Shown here: piece after piece, positions 33,681 to 42,844 of the stretch
Layout: every line of letters starts with the position of its first letter
Numbering within the stretch: the first letter of the stretch is position 1
NCBI GenBank assembly: GCA_963845085.1
Contig: CAWJQI010000005.1
Span: 64,502-128,501 of the forward strand
Direction: 5' to 3'
Length of the DNA stretch: 64,000 nucleotides
Origin: Candidatus Fermentibacterota bacterium
GTDB taxonomy: Bacteria > Fermentibacterota > Fermentibacteria > Fermentibacterales > JCC-6
Made by a program: the position numbers and the translations under genes
Notes under the pieces: model-generated
The model's input: the letters and a program-made list of their open reading frames with translations, nothing else
What the model was told of the DNA's origin: nothing
Database searches by the model: none

Positions 33681-34140
33681 TCAGGTCCCTCTCGGCTTTT
33701 TTTACGAACTCAACGATCCCGGATACGGTTTCAACAGCGGTAACGCCCGGGATTCCCGACCATTCGCCCATTGCGCACACCGGTTTTCCCGCCTGGAGTG
33801 CAAACGCGATCTCCGAGAGTGTTCCGTAACCGCCATCGATGGCGCACACGGCAAAACCGGAAAGAATGACGGCCCTGTTGCGGGCCGAAGCCATGCCGGT
33901 CGGTATGGGAATGGTGACGAAAGGGTTGGCATCTTCGCAGCGTTCGCCGGGAAGAATGCCAACGGAAACTCCGCCCCGGGAGGATGCGCCCTCGCATGCA
34001 GCGGCCATTACACCGCCGAGACCACCGCATACGACCGCATACCCTGAATCGGCCAACTCCGCTCCCAGAAGCCGTGCGGCATCCAGAAAGGGCGATGGCG
34101 CGGATGCCCCCCCCACAACGCTCACAAGTTTCATCCGCAC
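33658..34140 (-). CDS. TIGR00725/LOG-like Rossmann-fold nucleotide-binding protein
   Basis: VVGGASAP...A..LG..LA.SGYAVVCGGLGGVMAAACEGA...GGVSVGILPG...GGYGTLSEI is the pattern of the SLOG/TIGR00725 family. Confidence 0.6.
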   Translation of the reverse strand: MRMKLVSVVGGASAPSPFLDAARLLGAELADSGYAVVCGGLGGVMAAACEGASSRGGVSVGILPGERCEDANPFVTIPIPTGMASARNRAVILSGFAVCAIDGGYGTLSEIAFALQAGKPVCAMGEWSGIPGVTAVETVSGIVEFVKKAERDLNAKHQGA

Positions 34141-34152
34141 TCCGGGAAATGG

Positions 34153-34230
34153 TGGTCGGGGCGAGAGGATTTGAACCTCCGGCCTCCTAGTCCCGAACCA
34201 GGCGCGCTAACCGGACTGCGCTACGCCCCG
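34153..34230 (-). tRNA. tRNA-Pro (anticodon CGG), CCA encoded
   Basis: CGGGGCG acceptor, anticodon arm CCUGG/UUCGGGA/CUAGG, T-arm GGAGGUUCAAAUCCUC. Confidence 0.9.
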
Positions 34231-34250
34231 ACTACCGACAGGTCTCAAAT

Positions 34251-34775
34251 CTACAGAAGAAAGCCCAAAGCCGCAAATACCCCGGAAACAATAAGCATTA
34301 CCACTGCCCCGGCGACGCAGACACCGAGTGCGATGGACAGCATCGCCATTCTGCGGGGAATGCCGAATACGAATGCCGCAACGCTGCCCGTCCAGGCCCC
34401 GGTCACCGGCAGGGGGATCGCTACGAACACTGCGAGCCCCATGGCCCTGTACTTCTGAACGCTGTCGCCCGCCTTTCTCCTCGTTCTTTCAAAGAGCCAG
34501 TTGAAAAACCGGGCAAACGGCTTCCAGCGGGAAAGCCAGCTGCTCACCGGACCGAGGAACCAGAGCACGAACGGCACGGGTATCATGTTGCCGGCCACGG
34601 CAAGAATGTAGATCTTCCACCACGGCCAGCCCCAGGCATCCGCCATTACGGTCATCGCAATGGGAATGCTGGCGCGCAGTTCGGTGAGCGGAACCGCGGA
34701 AATGAGAAGCATCACCAGTTCACCCGGAATACCTGACAGCCATCCTATGAATGCCAGTGCGACATCCTCACCCAT
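34251..34775 (-). CDS. small multidrug-export-like membrane protein (COG2426 family)
   Basis: It has four predicted TM segments. The motif PLTELRASIPIAM near the N-terminus is typical of this family. Confidence 0.55.
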   Translation of the reverse strand: MGEDVALAFIGWLSGIPGELVMLLISAVPLTELRASIPIAMTVMADAWGWPWWKIYILAVAGNMIPVPFVLWFLGPVSSWLSRWKPFARFFNWLFERTRRKAGDSVQKYRAMGLAVFVAIPLPVTGAWTGSVAAFVFGIPRRMAMLSIALGVCVAGAVVMLIVSGVFAALGFLL

Positions 34776-35415
34776 TCCATCCCCCCTTTCCGAGAAGGGG
34801 CACGAAGGAGCATTCGAAGGATTCCCTCTCCTCCATCCCGGGTTCTCCCTTTCTGAGCACGGTAAAGGTCTGGGTGTTCCTGTCGCCGACAGGGATCCCC
34901 GCCAGCCCTCCCGTTCTGAGCTGGGCTTCCACCTCCATCGGGAGCAAAGGAGCGCCGGCGCTGTAGAGCACGGCGTCGTACGGTGCGGAAGACGGCCATC
35001 CCAGCGATCCGTCGCCGAAGTGGACCACGGCGTTGTTTATCCCGATACTGTCGAACAGTGAGCGGGAGGTGTTCACAAGCCCCAGAACCCTCTCCACGCA
35101 AACCACCCTTCCGAACAGCCTGGAGGCGACGGCTGACAGATAGCCGCTTCCGCTCCCGACCTCGAGAAGAATTCCTCCAAACGCGTCCGCCATTGCGGAG
35201 AGCATCCTTAAAACCGTTGCGGGCTTGCTGATGGTCTGACCGAACCCTATCGGAAGGGATGCATCGGTGTATGCAAGATGGGAAAACGCCGGGCCGACAA
35301 AGAGGTGCCTCGGGATCTGTGCCATGGCTTGGGTCACCCTCTGATCGGCTTCAGGGTAGAGCCCTCCGAGTCGTCGGGCCATTTCCCCTGCTGCGGCTAG
35401 ATCGTTTCGTTCCAT
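34768..35415 (-). CDS. pcm: protein-L-isoaspartate O-methyltransferase
   Basis: [14 protein letters not shown], plus the SAM-binding [13 protein letters not shown]. Start is taken at MERNDL (35415) because the track's N-terminal extension overlaps tRNA-Pro. Confidence 0.85.
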   Translation of the reverse strand: MERNDLAAAGEMARRLGGLYPEADQRVTQAMAQIPRHLFVGPAFSHLAYTDASLPIGFGQTISKPATVLRMLSAMADAFGGILLEVGSGSGYLSAVASRLFGRVVCVERVLGLVNTSRSLFDSIGINNAVVHFGDGSLGWPSSAPYDAVLYSAGAPLLPMEVEAQLRTGGLAGIPVGDRNTQTFTVLRKGEPGMEERESFECSFVPLLGKGGWNG

Positions 35416-35463
35416 GCGGACTCCTGTTTGGAAAAAAGAGGCCCGAAGGCCTCTTCTTCCAAA

Positions 35464-35540
35464 TGGTCGGGGCGACTGGATTCGAACCAGCGACCACTTG
35501 AACCCCATTCAAGTGCGCTACCGGACTGCGCTACGCCCCG
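35464..35540 (-). tRNA. tRNA-Pro (anticodon GGG), CCA encoded
   Basis: CGGGGCG acceptor, anticodon arm CUUGA/AUGGGGU/UCAAG, T-arm CUGGUUCGAAUCCAG. Confidence 0.9.
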
Positions 35541-35555
35541 GCGGGAGCCGTAATC

Positions 35556-35951
35556 CTAATCCTGCGGGCTTCTCCCGTCAACCTTCATGGGGTCGCCGGA
35601 AAGCACCCTGATAATGTCGCGGATCTCGATCCTGACGGCTTCGAGGAGGTCATCGGAAGGGTCCTGCCCCTGGGGCGGCTCGGGTTCCAGCTCGAGTGCC
35701 ATCTGACCCTGTGCCTTCTTCATGTCCTCAAGCTTCTTGCGGGCCCCTTCGATGGTGTAGCCCTCATCGTAGAGAAGCCTCTTTATGTACTGGAGGGTTC
35801 GCACGTCGCCGGGCCTGTAGACGCGGTTTCCGGCCTTGTTCTTGTGTGGGTTGAGCATGGGGAAGGCCGTCTCCCAGTAGCGGAGCACGTGCGGCTTGAG
35901 ATCAAGCATCCTGCACACTTCGCTTATGGGATAGTAAAGCCGTTCGTTCAT
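35556..35951 (-). CDS. MerR-family transcriptional regulator (HspR/CbpM-like context)
   Basis: YPISEVCRMLDLKPHVLRYWETAF...NRVYRPGDVRTLQYIKRLLYDEGYTIEGARKKL is a MerR HTH. The ATG at 35951 overlaps the stop of the J-domain gene (ATGA). Confidence 0.8.
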   Translation of the reverse strand: MNERLYYPISEVCRMLDLKPHVLRYWETAFPMLNPHKNKAGNRVYRPGDVRTLQYIKRLLYDEGYTIEGARKKLEDMKKAQGQMALELEPEPPQGQDPSDDLLEAVRIEIRDIIRVLSGDPMKVDGRSPQD

Positions 35952-36730
35952 CGTTTCCGCCCCTTGAACAGTTTTTTCCATACCGGCGCATTCTTTCCCT
36001 CGAGCCTGTCCAGCTCCTGCAGCCCCTTTACGGCTCCCTCGTGATCCTCCTGCCAGGAAAGGGCATTCTCAAAACTTTTCCTGGCAAGTGCATACTGACC
36101 GGCCTTGGTGTAAACCCTGCCGAGGAGAAGGTGGTTTTCAGGGTTGAAATACTCCGCCTCGCAGGCGGCCTTGAGATACTCTGCAGCCTCCCGGAGCCTG
36201 CCCCGGCCATCCGCAGCCATAGCCTGCAGCCTTCTCACGTCGGGATCCCTCGGAAAAGCCATTGCAGCCTTGTTGAGAAGATCGCCCGATTTCCAGAAAT
36301 CACCCTCGCGGATCATTTTTCCGGCAGAAGCCTTGATCCTCGCGAGCGTGCGGGGATCCATGGCGCCCCCCGGCCGGGGGGCGTCCGCCACGGGCGCGGC
36401 GGACGCCTTTTCCTGTGCCGGGGCATCGCTGTCTGTACCGGCTGCAGCCTCCTCCTTTGGGACAGGCTCGGCTGCAACGACCGGCGCGGGTTCCCAGGGA
36501 ATCGTCTCGGCTATCTCGTCGTCGTACTTGTCCCGCTCTACGGGGTCACTCAGAACGAGGTACGCCTCGTTTATCCGGGCAAACTTCGAAACGGTCTCGG
36601 GAGCATCGCCCGCAACGTCGGGGTGAAGCCGCCTTGCCAGCTGGAAGTAGGCCAGGTCGATTTCCTCCCTGGAAGCCTTTCTTCCAATGCCCAGAACATG
36701 GTAGTGACTGCCGTAGGAATCGGCGGGCAT
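35948..36730 (-). CDS. J-domain (DnaJ-like) protein with C-terminal TPR repeats
   Basis: HYHVLGIGRKASREEIDLAYFQLARRLHPDV is a J domain with an HPD motif. TPR-like units lie at the C-terminus. Start is taken at MPADSYG (36730). Confidence 0.75.
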   Translation of the reverse strand: MPADSYGSHYHVLGIGRKASREEIDLAYFQLARRLHPDVAGDAPETVSKFARINEAYLVLSDPVERDKYDDEIAETIPWEPAPVVAAEPVPKEEAAAGTDSDAPAQEKASAAPVADAPRPGGAMDPRTLARIKASAGKMIREGDFWKSGDLLNKAAMAFPRDPDVRRLQAMAADGRGRLREAAEYLKAACEAEYFNPENHLLLGRVYTKAGQYALARKSFENALSWQEDHEGAVKGLQELDRLEGKNAPVWKKLFKGRKR

Positions 36731-36732
36731 CC

Positions 36733-38163
36733 CTACCTCAGCACTGTGAAGGCCCTGCTGGCGGAGACGCCGTTTCCCCTTGCAACGATGTAGTACACAC
36801 CGTCGGCCATGTCGGCCGGAACAGCCCATGTCCCGGATGCGGAAACCCTGGCCACGATCCTGCCCGAAAGGTCATGGACCGAAACGGCAGGCGCGCTGAA
36901 ACCCGAAACGGTGAAGGAAAGCACTGAGCTGACGGGGTTCACCGCGATCTCGATGCCCGGGGTGACATTGCCGCCGACACCCGCAGATTCCTGCTCCTCG
37001 ATGCCGACGCTTGCCAGAAGGTTCATGCAGAGCAGTTTGTTCATTGAACGGCACTCGAGATTGTTCGTCACAATGAGGGTGGTGTCGTTCTGCGATCCCC
37101 AGAAGCCGTTGTCATCAACCTCGGGGGTGAAGAAGAACGATTCGTTCTCCGCATACTCCCAGTCGCAGGCATCGCCGTTTGAGGAGTAGCCCAGAACTTC
37201 GTAGCACCTTCCCCAGTCGTAGCCGACGGGACCCGCCATCTGGGCGCCCCAGCTCTGGAAGATGGCCTGGTCGGGGGTGGGCTGGTTGTTGTATCCCCAG
37301 GGGTAGATGAGGTATCCGCCGTAGGTATGGTAGTTGAATCCGCCGAGAGGCAGGAGGTCATTGATAAGATCGCGCATGGCCTGGGTTTCAGGCTCGGAGA
37401 ACGCTGCCGTACCGCGGTATGTTTCACTGCTCGGATCCGGGCTTGAACCGATGTTGTCGTAGCCCCACATGTAGCCCCAGTTCCTGTTAAGGTCGATGCC
37501 GCTGCCGAGGGTGAAGTTGAGGTTCTTCCTGTGGTTGGGGCCGCCGCTCGGAAGGTTGTAGTAGTAGGCGTCGATGTTCACCATGGGAACGAAGTAGACC
37601 TGGGCGTTGTCGAGGATGAAGGTCGCAATCGTGTCGCTGCCGTACTCGGTGGTAAGCCACTGCGCGAAATCGATCACCGCGGAATTGCCGCCGGGTTCCC
37701 GGCCGTGGGTGAGGGCGTTGAACATGATGACCGGTGCATCGGTGCCCGCATTCGAGATCCTGACGTAGTACATGTCGCGGCCCTGGTAGGATTCCGCAAA
37801 TGCAACGGGGGTGTCAACCAGGTCGCTTCCCTCGGCGAGTGACGCCCAGAAGGCGTTGTTCTCGTTGGGGCCGTAATAAAAGCCGAACTCGTTCCGGAAC
37901 TGCTCGTGTATCGGTTCGGCCCATTCCCTCGGGAGAAGCCTGGCGCCCGTGTACCTTTGCATCGTTTCCTCGACGAATGCATCCTCGATCATGATGTCAA
38001 CGAAGCCATCGCTCCTGTTGCTGTTGGCGATGTCGTAACCCATCGACGCGATCCCGTTGAAGTCGGCATCGGTCGTTGCGGGGATGCGGACGAGCCTCCA
38101 GGCAAAAGCTCCGGATGAAAGCACCATTAAGAGAGCAAAACAGATTACCGCGCAGCGATTCAT
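36733..38163 (-). CDS. M14-family zinc carboxypeptidase with T9SS-type C-terminal sorting domain
   Basis: Signal peptide (MNRCAVICFALLMVLSSGAFA), zinc motif HGREPGG, and C-terminus VNPVSSVLSFTV...VSVHDLSGRIVARV...MADGVYYIVARG. Confidence 0.8.
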   Translation of the reverse strand: MNRCAVICFALLMVLSSGAFAWRLVRIPATTDADFNGIASMGYDIANSNRSDGFVDIMIEDAFVEETMQRYTGARLLPREWAEPIHEQFRNEFGFYYGPNENNAFWASLAEGSDLVDTPVAFAESYQGRDMYYVRISNAGTDAPVIMFNALTHGREPGGNSAVIDFAQWLTTEYGSDTIATFILDNAQVYFVPMVNIDAYYYNLPSGGPNHRKNLNFTLGSGIDLNRNWGYMWGYDNIGSSPDPSSETYRGTAAFSEPETQAMRDLINDLLPLGGFNYHTYGGYLIYPWGYNNQPTPDQAIFQSWGAQMAGPVGYDWGRCYEVLGYSSNGDACDWEYAENESFFFTPEVDDNGFWGSQNDTTLIVTNNLECRSMNKLLCMNLLASVGIEEQESAGVGGNVTPGIEIAVNPVSSVLSFTVSGFSAPAVSVHDLSGRIVARVSASGTWAVPADMADGVYYIVARGNGVSASRAFTVLR

Positions 38164-38179
38164 TGTATCCTCCTGAATA

Positions 38180-38208
38180 TTGACAAATGGGCTCGAAACA
38201 AATAGTTT
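38180..38208 (+). promoter_or_regulatory. sigma70-like promoter TTGACA-17-TAGTTT upstream of rpsT
   Basis: -35 at 38180-38185 and -10 at 38203-38208, with an exact 17-nt spacer. Confidence 0.4.
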
Positions 38209-38282
38209 CGCCCTTCACACGTGTATACCCCCGGAAGGCTTCCGGGTTTCAGTTCTGGCTATACTGTGAAAGGAGCCGTTCT

Positions 38283-38543
38283 TTGGCAAGGAGCAGGCAG
38301 TCGGTCAAGAGACTTAAAACCGACATCGAGAAAAGACTTCGCAACAGAAGCAAACTCAACAGGCTTCGCACCGCGCTGCGCAGGGCCGTTGAGACCGAAG
38401 GCACGGATGAGAAGGCCCTCGCAATGAAGAAGGCCCAGAGCCTTCTCGACAAGGCGGGCCAGACAAGGCTTGTGCACCCCAACAAAGCAAGGCGCATCCA
38501 GAGCAGGATGGCAGCGAAGGCGGCCCAGGCCTCCAAAGCGTGA
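38283..38543 (+). CDS. rpsT: 30S ribosomal protein S20
   Basis: (M)ARSRQSVKRLKTDIEKRLRNRSKLNRLRTALRRAVE... is typical of S20. The TTG start at 38283 lies 7 nt after GAAAGGAG. The track ATG at 38187 would add a non-S20 extension. Confidence 0.85.
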   Translation: MARSRQSVKRLKTDIEKRLRNRSKLNRLRTALRRAVETEGTDEKALAMKKAQSLLDKAGQTRLVHPNKARRIQSRMAAKAAQASKA

Positions 38544-38548
38544 AATAC

Positions 38549-38572
38549 GGGGGGCTTTCCGCCCCCCTTTTT
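38549..38572 (+). terminator. intrinsic terminator after rpsT (shared with convergent cysS)
   Basis: GGGGGGC-TTTCC-GCCCCCC followed by TTTTT. Confidence 0.75.
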
Positions 38573-39987
38573 CAAATCCCTGGAGTGATCTCGCTTCTGC
38601 CGCCGGGCAGATCCTTGACTGTGAATCCCAGCGATTCCAGTCTTTTTCGCATGTCGTCGGCCTCCTCGAAGAGCTTTCTGTTTCTGAGGACGCCCCTGAC
38701 CTCCGCCAGAACCGAGCACGCCTCGGACAGCCCGGCTGATCCCGATGCGGCACCGAGAACAAGCCCCAACACACCGGTTGCAAGCGAATCGAGGGTTTCA
38801 GCCATAACCCCCGCCCCGCCCCCGCCGGCGTCGAGCAGGGTGTTCCCGCCGCGCACGAAATCAAAGAGGACCGCCAGGGCCTGAGGCGTGTTGATGTCGT
38901 CGTCCATCGCCAGGGCAAAGGTTATTTCGGTCCGGGTGCAAAGCTCCACGGCCTGGTCGTTCGAACCCCCGTCTCCGGTCCGAAGCCTCTCCCTGAAGGA
39001 TACCAGCCTCTCCATGGCGCTCGCGGCGCTCTGAAGGCCCTGATCGCTGAAATCAAGAGGGCTTCTGTAGTGGCTTCTGAGGATGTACAGCCTTACGACC
39101 ATGGGGTCGAACCTCTCGAAAAGCTCCCGAAGCAGGGTGAAATTGCCGAGGCTTTTCCCCATCTTCCTTCCGTCAACCGTCACCATGTTGTTGTGAAGCC
39201 AGAATCTGACGAAAGGCGCCCCCGTCGCGGCCTCACTCTGGGCGATCTCGCACTCGTGATGGGGGAACGAATTCTCAAGACCGCCACCGTGAATGTCTAC
39301 GGTGTTTCCCAGATACCTCATCGCCATTGCGCTGCACTCGAGGTGCCAGCCCGGGTACCCCCGCCCCCACGGGCTTTCCCAGTGGAGAAGGTGGGTTTCC
39401 CCGGCTGCCTTCCAAAGGGCGAAATCCCTCGGGTCGCGCTTGTCCTCAGCGGTTTCAACCCTTGTTCCCGCCATGGCGTCTTCGCTGCTGCGCCCGCTCA
39501 GCTCCCCGTACCTCGGGAAGGATGACACGTCGAAGTAAACGTTGCCACCGCTGACATATGCATGCCCCCTGGAGAGCAGGGTTTTCACAAGTTCGATCTG
39601 CTCGGGGATGTGCCCCGATGCCCGCGGCGAAATGTCGGGCCGGAGGTTGTTCAGGGCATCCATGTCCCTGAAGTAGCTTGCCGTGTACTTCTCGGCGATC
39701 TCCATCGGTTCGAGCCTCTCGAGAACCGCCTGTTTCTGGAGCTTGTCCTCCCCCTGATCCGCGTCATCGGTAAGGTGTCCCACATCGGTGATGTTCTGGA
39801 CATATCTGACTTCGTACCCGCTTTTCCGGAGCCAGCGGACCAGAACGTCAAAGCTGACGTAGCTCTTCCCGTGACCAAGATGGCTGTGGCCGTATACGGT
39901 TGGTCCGCATACGTAAACGCCTGCAAAGGGCGGGTTCAGAGGTTCGAACGCTTCCTTCGACCTTGTCAGCGAATTGTACAGTTTCAC
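38572..39987 (-). CDS. cysS: cysteine--tRNA ligase
   Basis: YVCGPTVYGHSHLGHGKSY (HIGH region) and KMGKSLGN (KMSKS), at full length. Confidence 0.95.
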   Translation of the reverse strand: MKLYNSLTRSKEAFEPLNPPFAGVYVCGPTVYGHSHLGHGKSYVSFDVLVRWLRKSGYEVRYVQNITDVGHLTDDADQGEDKLQKQAVLERLEPMEIAEKYTASYFRDMDALNNLRPDISPRASGHIPEQIELVKTLLSRGHAYVSGGNVYFDVSSFPRYGELSGRSSEDAMAGTRVETAEDKRDPRDFALWKAAGETHLLHWESPWGRGYPGWHLECSAMAMRYLGNTVDIHGGGLENSFPHHECEIAQSEAATGAPFVRFWLHNNMVTVDGRKMGKSLGNFTLLRELFERFDPMVVRLYILRSHYRSPLDFSDQGLQSAASAMERLVSFRERLRTGDGGSNDQAVELCTRTEITFALAMDDDINTPQALAVLFDFVRGGNTLLDAGGGGAGVMAETLDSLATGVLGLVLGAASGSAGLSEACSVLAEVRGVLRNRKLFEEADDMRKRLESLGFTVKDLPGGRSEITPGI

Positions 39988-40979
39988 GGCCGATCCAATC
40001 CCTCGTAGTCTATCTGCATGGCGCTACGCACCAGTGCCATGGTCGCGGCACCCTCCCGTCGGGCGGCTTCGGTCCCCGCGGAAAGGATTTCCTCAACGAC
40101 ACCAGGCCTGTCAAAACGGTTCCTTCTCTCCCTGACGGGATCGAGCAGCTCGTTAAGAACACGGGCAAGGTTCTTCTTGCACGCCACGCAGCCGATCGTT
40201 CCGCCCCGGCATGATGATTCGATTGAGGGCACTTCCCCGGGATTGAACGCCTTGTGCCAGGAGAACACCGTGCAGACCTCGGGGTGTCCCGGATCGTCCT
40301 TCCTTATCCTCGCCGGATCGGTAACCGCCGACATGACCTTGGCGCGGACATCGTCCGCACTGTCCTTCAGGTAGATGGCGTTCCCGAGGGATTTGCTCAT
40401 CTTCGCCCCGCCGTCGAGGCCGACAAGCCTCGGAATATCGCTGACCAGCGCTCGGGGCTCCGGGAAGACCTCACCGTAGAGTTCGTTGAAACGCCTTGCC
40501 ACGAATCGCGTCATTTCGACATGGGGAAGCTGGTCCTCCCCCACCGGCACGAGGTTCGCTCGGCAGAAAAGGATGTCGGCCGCCTGGCTCACCGGGTAGC
40601 CCATGAACCCGTAAGTCATGTCGGTGTAACCGTACTGGCGTGCTTCCGTCTTGATAGTGGGATTGTGCCTGAGGCGGCTCACTGTAACGAAGAGCCCGAA
40701 GAGAACAGTGAGTTCGGCTATCTCGGGAACCATGCTCTGAACAAAGATCTTCACCCTGTCGGGTTCAAGCCCCGCAGCGATGTTGTCGAGGGCCACCTCC
40801 CTGGCGTGAACCTTCAGGAGACCCGGCGTCTCCCAGTGAGTCGTGAGGGCCTGGACATCGGCGATGATTATGTAGGTGTCAAGCGTGTCCTGCAGTCTCA
40901 CCCTGTTGCGGAGCGAGCCGACATAGTGGCCAAGATGCAGGGGGCCAGTGGGGCGGTCGCCCGTGAGTATCCGTTCCAT
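39984..40979 (-). CDS. trpS: tryptophan--tRNA ligase
   Basis: TGDRPTGPLHLGHYVGSL and KMSKSLGN, with a length of about 330 aa. Confidence 0.95.
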   Translation of the reverse strand: MERILTGDRPTGPLHLGHYVGSLRNRVRLQDTLDTYIIIADVQALTTHWETPGLLKVHAREVALDNIAAGLEPDRVKIFVQSMVPEIAELTVLFGLFVTVSRLRHNPTIKTEARQYGYTDMTYGFMGYPVSQAADILFCRANLVPVGEDQLPHVEMTRFVARRFNELYGEVFPEPRALVSDIPRLVGLDGGAKMSKSLGNAIYLKDSADDVRAKVMSAVTDPARIRKDDPGHPEVCTVFSWHKAFNPGEVPSIESSCRGGTIGCVACKKNLARVLNELLDPVRERRNRFDRPGVVEEILSAGTEAARREGAATMALVRSAMQIDYEGLDRP

Positions 40980-40994
40980 TGTGAAATATCTCCC

Positions 40995-42011
40995 CTAAAT
41001 CTTTTCGAGAATCACAGGGCTGTCCTGCTCACGGAAAGCCCTGAGGTCTATCTCGCCGGTGTGATTCTCCACCAGGCTGATGATCCTCTCCACGGCGGGT
41101 CGCACGGAAGGGCAGTACTCGGGGTACTCCTCAAGATATCGAAGCGTTCTGGGAATATGGGCGAGGTAGGCGCTTCTTCCCAGGGCGCGGTACTGCCAGG
41201 CAAAGGTCCCCATCGCCTTGACATTTCTTTGGACAGCCGTGAAAATGAAATGGAATATGTTCGACCCTCCCGGACCCGTAAGGTATTGAAGAGCAGTGTG
41301 TTTCCAGTCATCACCGATGTCGCGGTAACTGTCGCGGAGAAGGCTTGCGGCGTCGTAAGTTGCCGGACCGAGCCGGGCGTCCTGCCAGTCGACGATCCTG
41401 AGCCTGTTGTCCTTCACCATCAGGTTTGCGCCGTGATAATCGCGATGGCAGAGCACGGTTCCCCCCTCCATCGCCCGTTCGCACAGAACGCGGAGATGGA
41501 GCTGAAGGTCAAGCAGCTCATCGACAGGCACCCGGAGAAGCCGGAAGAAGAGGTGTTCCAGGGTATGCTCCATCTCGGCCATGAAGAAACTTGCTGTGAA
41601 GTAGCGCCTGCCGGCGACGGAAGTTTTTGCCGCTTCCTTGGGAATGCTTTTGTGAAGGAGCTTGAGCATGTCGAGCGCCTGCCGGGTCAGCACAAGGTAG
41701 GCCTCGGGACTTTCGATGTCGAGCAGTCTCACCCTGCCGAGATCCTCCTGAACGGCGAATCCGAGCTCGGGGCTGCAGTGGAAAAGCTCGGGAACGGGAA
41801 ATCCGTGTCTGTGCAGCAGGTTGTGAACATCCATCCAGGGCCACAGCGGAACCCTTGTGCTGTCCATCACGACAAAGGATGAACCCCTCGACGCGAAGGA
41901 ATAGAACCTTCGGTTCGAGGCATCCCCGGAGAGGGCGGTGAGCTCCCCCATGTCCGGGTATCTCTGCGAAAGCCAGCTGCGCAGCTCGTCACTGACCGTG
42001 TGCAAAACCAC
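40995..42011 (-). CDS. aminoglycoside-phosphotransferase-fold sugar kinase (AmgK-like candidate)
   Basis: APH/ChoK fold motifs are present (LCHRDYHGANLMV, IVDWQDARLGPATYDAASLL). It is paired with a nucleotidyltransferase gene. Confidence 0.6.
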   Translation of the reverse strand: MVLHTVSDELRSWLSQRYPDMGELTALSGDASNRRFYSFASRGSSFVVMDSTRVPLWPWMDVHNLLHRHGFPVPELFHCSPELGFAVQEDLGRVRLLDIESPEAYLVLTRQALDMLKLLHKSIPKEAAKTSVAGRRYFTASFFMAEMEHTLEHLFFRLLRVPVDELLDLQLHLRVLCERAMEGGTVLCHRDYHGANLMVKDNRLRIVDWQDARLGPATYDAASLLRDSYRDIGDDWKHTALQYLTGPGGSNIFHFIFTAVQRNVKAMGTFAWQYRALGRSAYLAHIPRTLRYLEEYPEYCPSVRPAVERIISLVENHTGEIDLRAFREQDSPVILEKI

Positions 42012-42831
42012 TCCTTCGGGAGAACCAGGGCATTACGGTACGCGCAATCGTGCCACCGCTCTCGAGCACCGAGCCCTCGAGCATAACCGATTCGTGCAGG
42101 ACCGCGCCCGATTCCACAACGCAACCCCTCGAAACATGGCAGTTTCCGGACAAAACGGCACCGGGGGAAACCTGCGACTCGGGGTGGACATAACCACCCT
42201 GTGCAAGAAGGTTTCTGCGATACAGTTCCGTTTCGCCCATGTCCATCCAGACCTCGGCACCTTCAAAACCGGCCGGTTCACCGACAATAAGCGGAGAGAA
42301 CAGGTTCTGAAAGCCCTGATGCCTCTCGGCCCGTTCAAACACCACGGGTTCAAGCACACAGACACCCATGTAATGCCTGGCCCTGCCGCCTGTCATCACG
42401 GAACCATAGCTTCCCCCGCTCGGAAAGTCACCGCACAGAAGCGTGCAGGATGCACCGGAGGACTGGTGGTGCCTTGTCATGCCGGCGAGGTCCGCCCTGA
42501 GAAGCATGTCGGTGTTCATGATCATCCAGGGTCCCATTATCGTTCGGGACAGCAGGGCAAGGGTTGTGGTGACACCAAGAGGCCTCTCCTCGAACAGGAG
42601 TTCCGCATCCCTGCCGGCCGCTTCGCGCGTTTCCCGCAGCACCAGGTCGGGACAGCGGCTTGCATTCACAAGAAGGCGCCTCGGCCCCAGTGCGCCGGCC
42701 TCAGCGGCAAGCCTGCCGAGAAGGGTCCCGTCCCTGTGCGGGAGCAGGGCTTTCGGGCGCACAAGCGAAAGGGGTTCCGCCCTCATGCCGTAACCGGCAG
42801 TGAGAAGCAGAACCCCGTCAAGGTTCTTCAC
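41989..42831 (-). CDS. sugar-1-phosphate nucleotidyltransferase with C-terminal hexapeptide repeats (MurU/GlmU-like candidate)
   Basis: LLLTAGYGMRAEPLSLVRPKALLP is an NTP-transferase signature. The C-terminal region resembles a left-handed beta-helix. Confidence 0.65.
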   Translation of the reverse strand: MKNLDGVLLLTAGYGMRAEPLSLVRPKALLPHRDGTLLGRLAAEAGALGPRRLLVNASRCPDLVLRETREAAGRDAELLFEERPLGVTTTLALLSRTIMGPWMIMNTDMLLRADLAGMTRHHQSSGASCTLLCGDFPSGGSYGSVMTGGRARHYMGVCVLEPVVFERAERHQGFQNLFSPLIVGEPAGFEGAEVWMDMGETELYRRNLLAQGGYVHPESQVSPGAVLSGNCHVSRGCVVESGAVLHESVMLEGSVLESGGTIARTVMPWFSRRSGFAHGQ

Positions 42832-42844
42832 TCCGGCGGAACCT

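Noticed and set aside
35416-35508. N-terminal extensions of track ORFs that run across tRNA genes: pcm to 35508, the polyferredoxin to 52217, and the exported protein to 54227.
   Set aside because: The extensions translate the antisense of tRNA-Pro, tRNA-Cys and tRNA-Gly (for example [15 protein letters not shown]). Internal ATGs with better context give normal protein N-termini.
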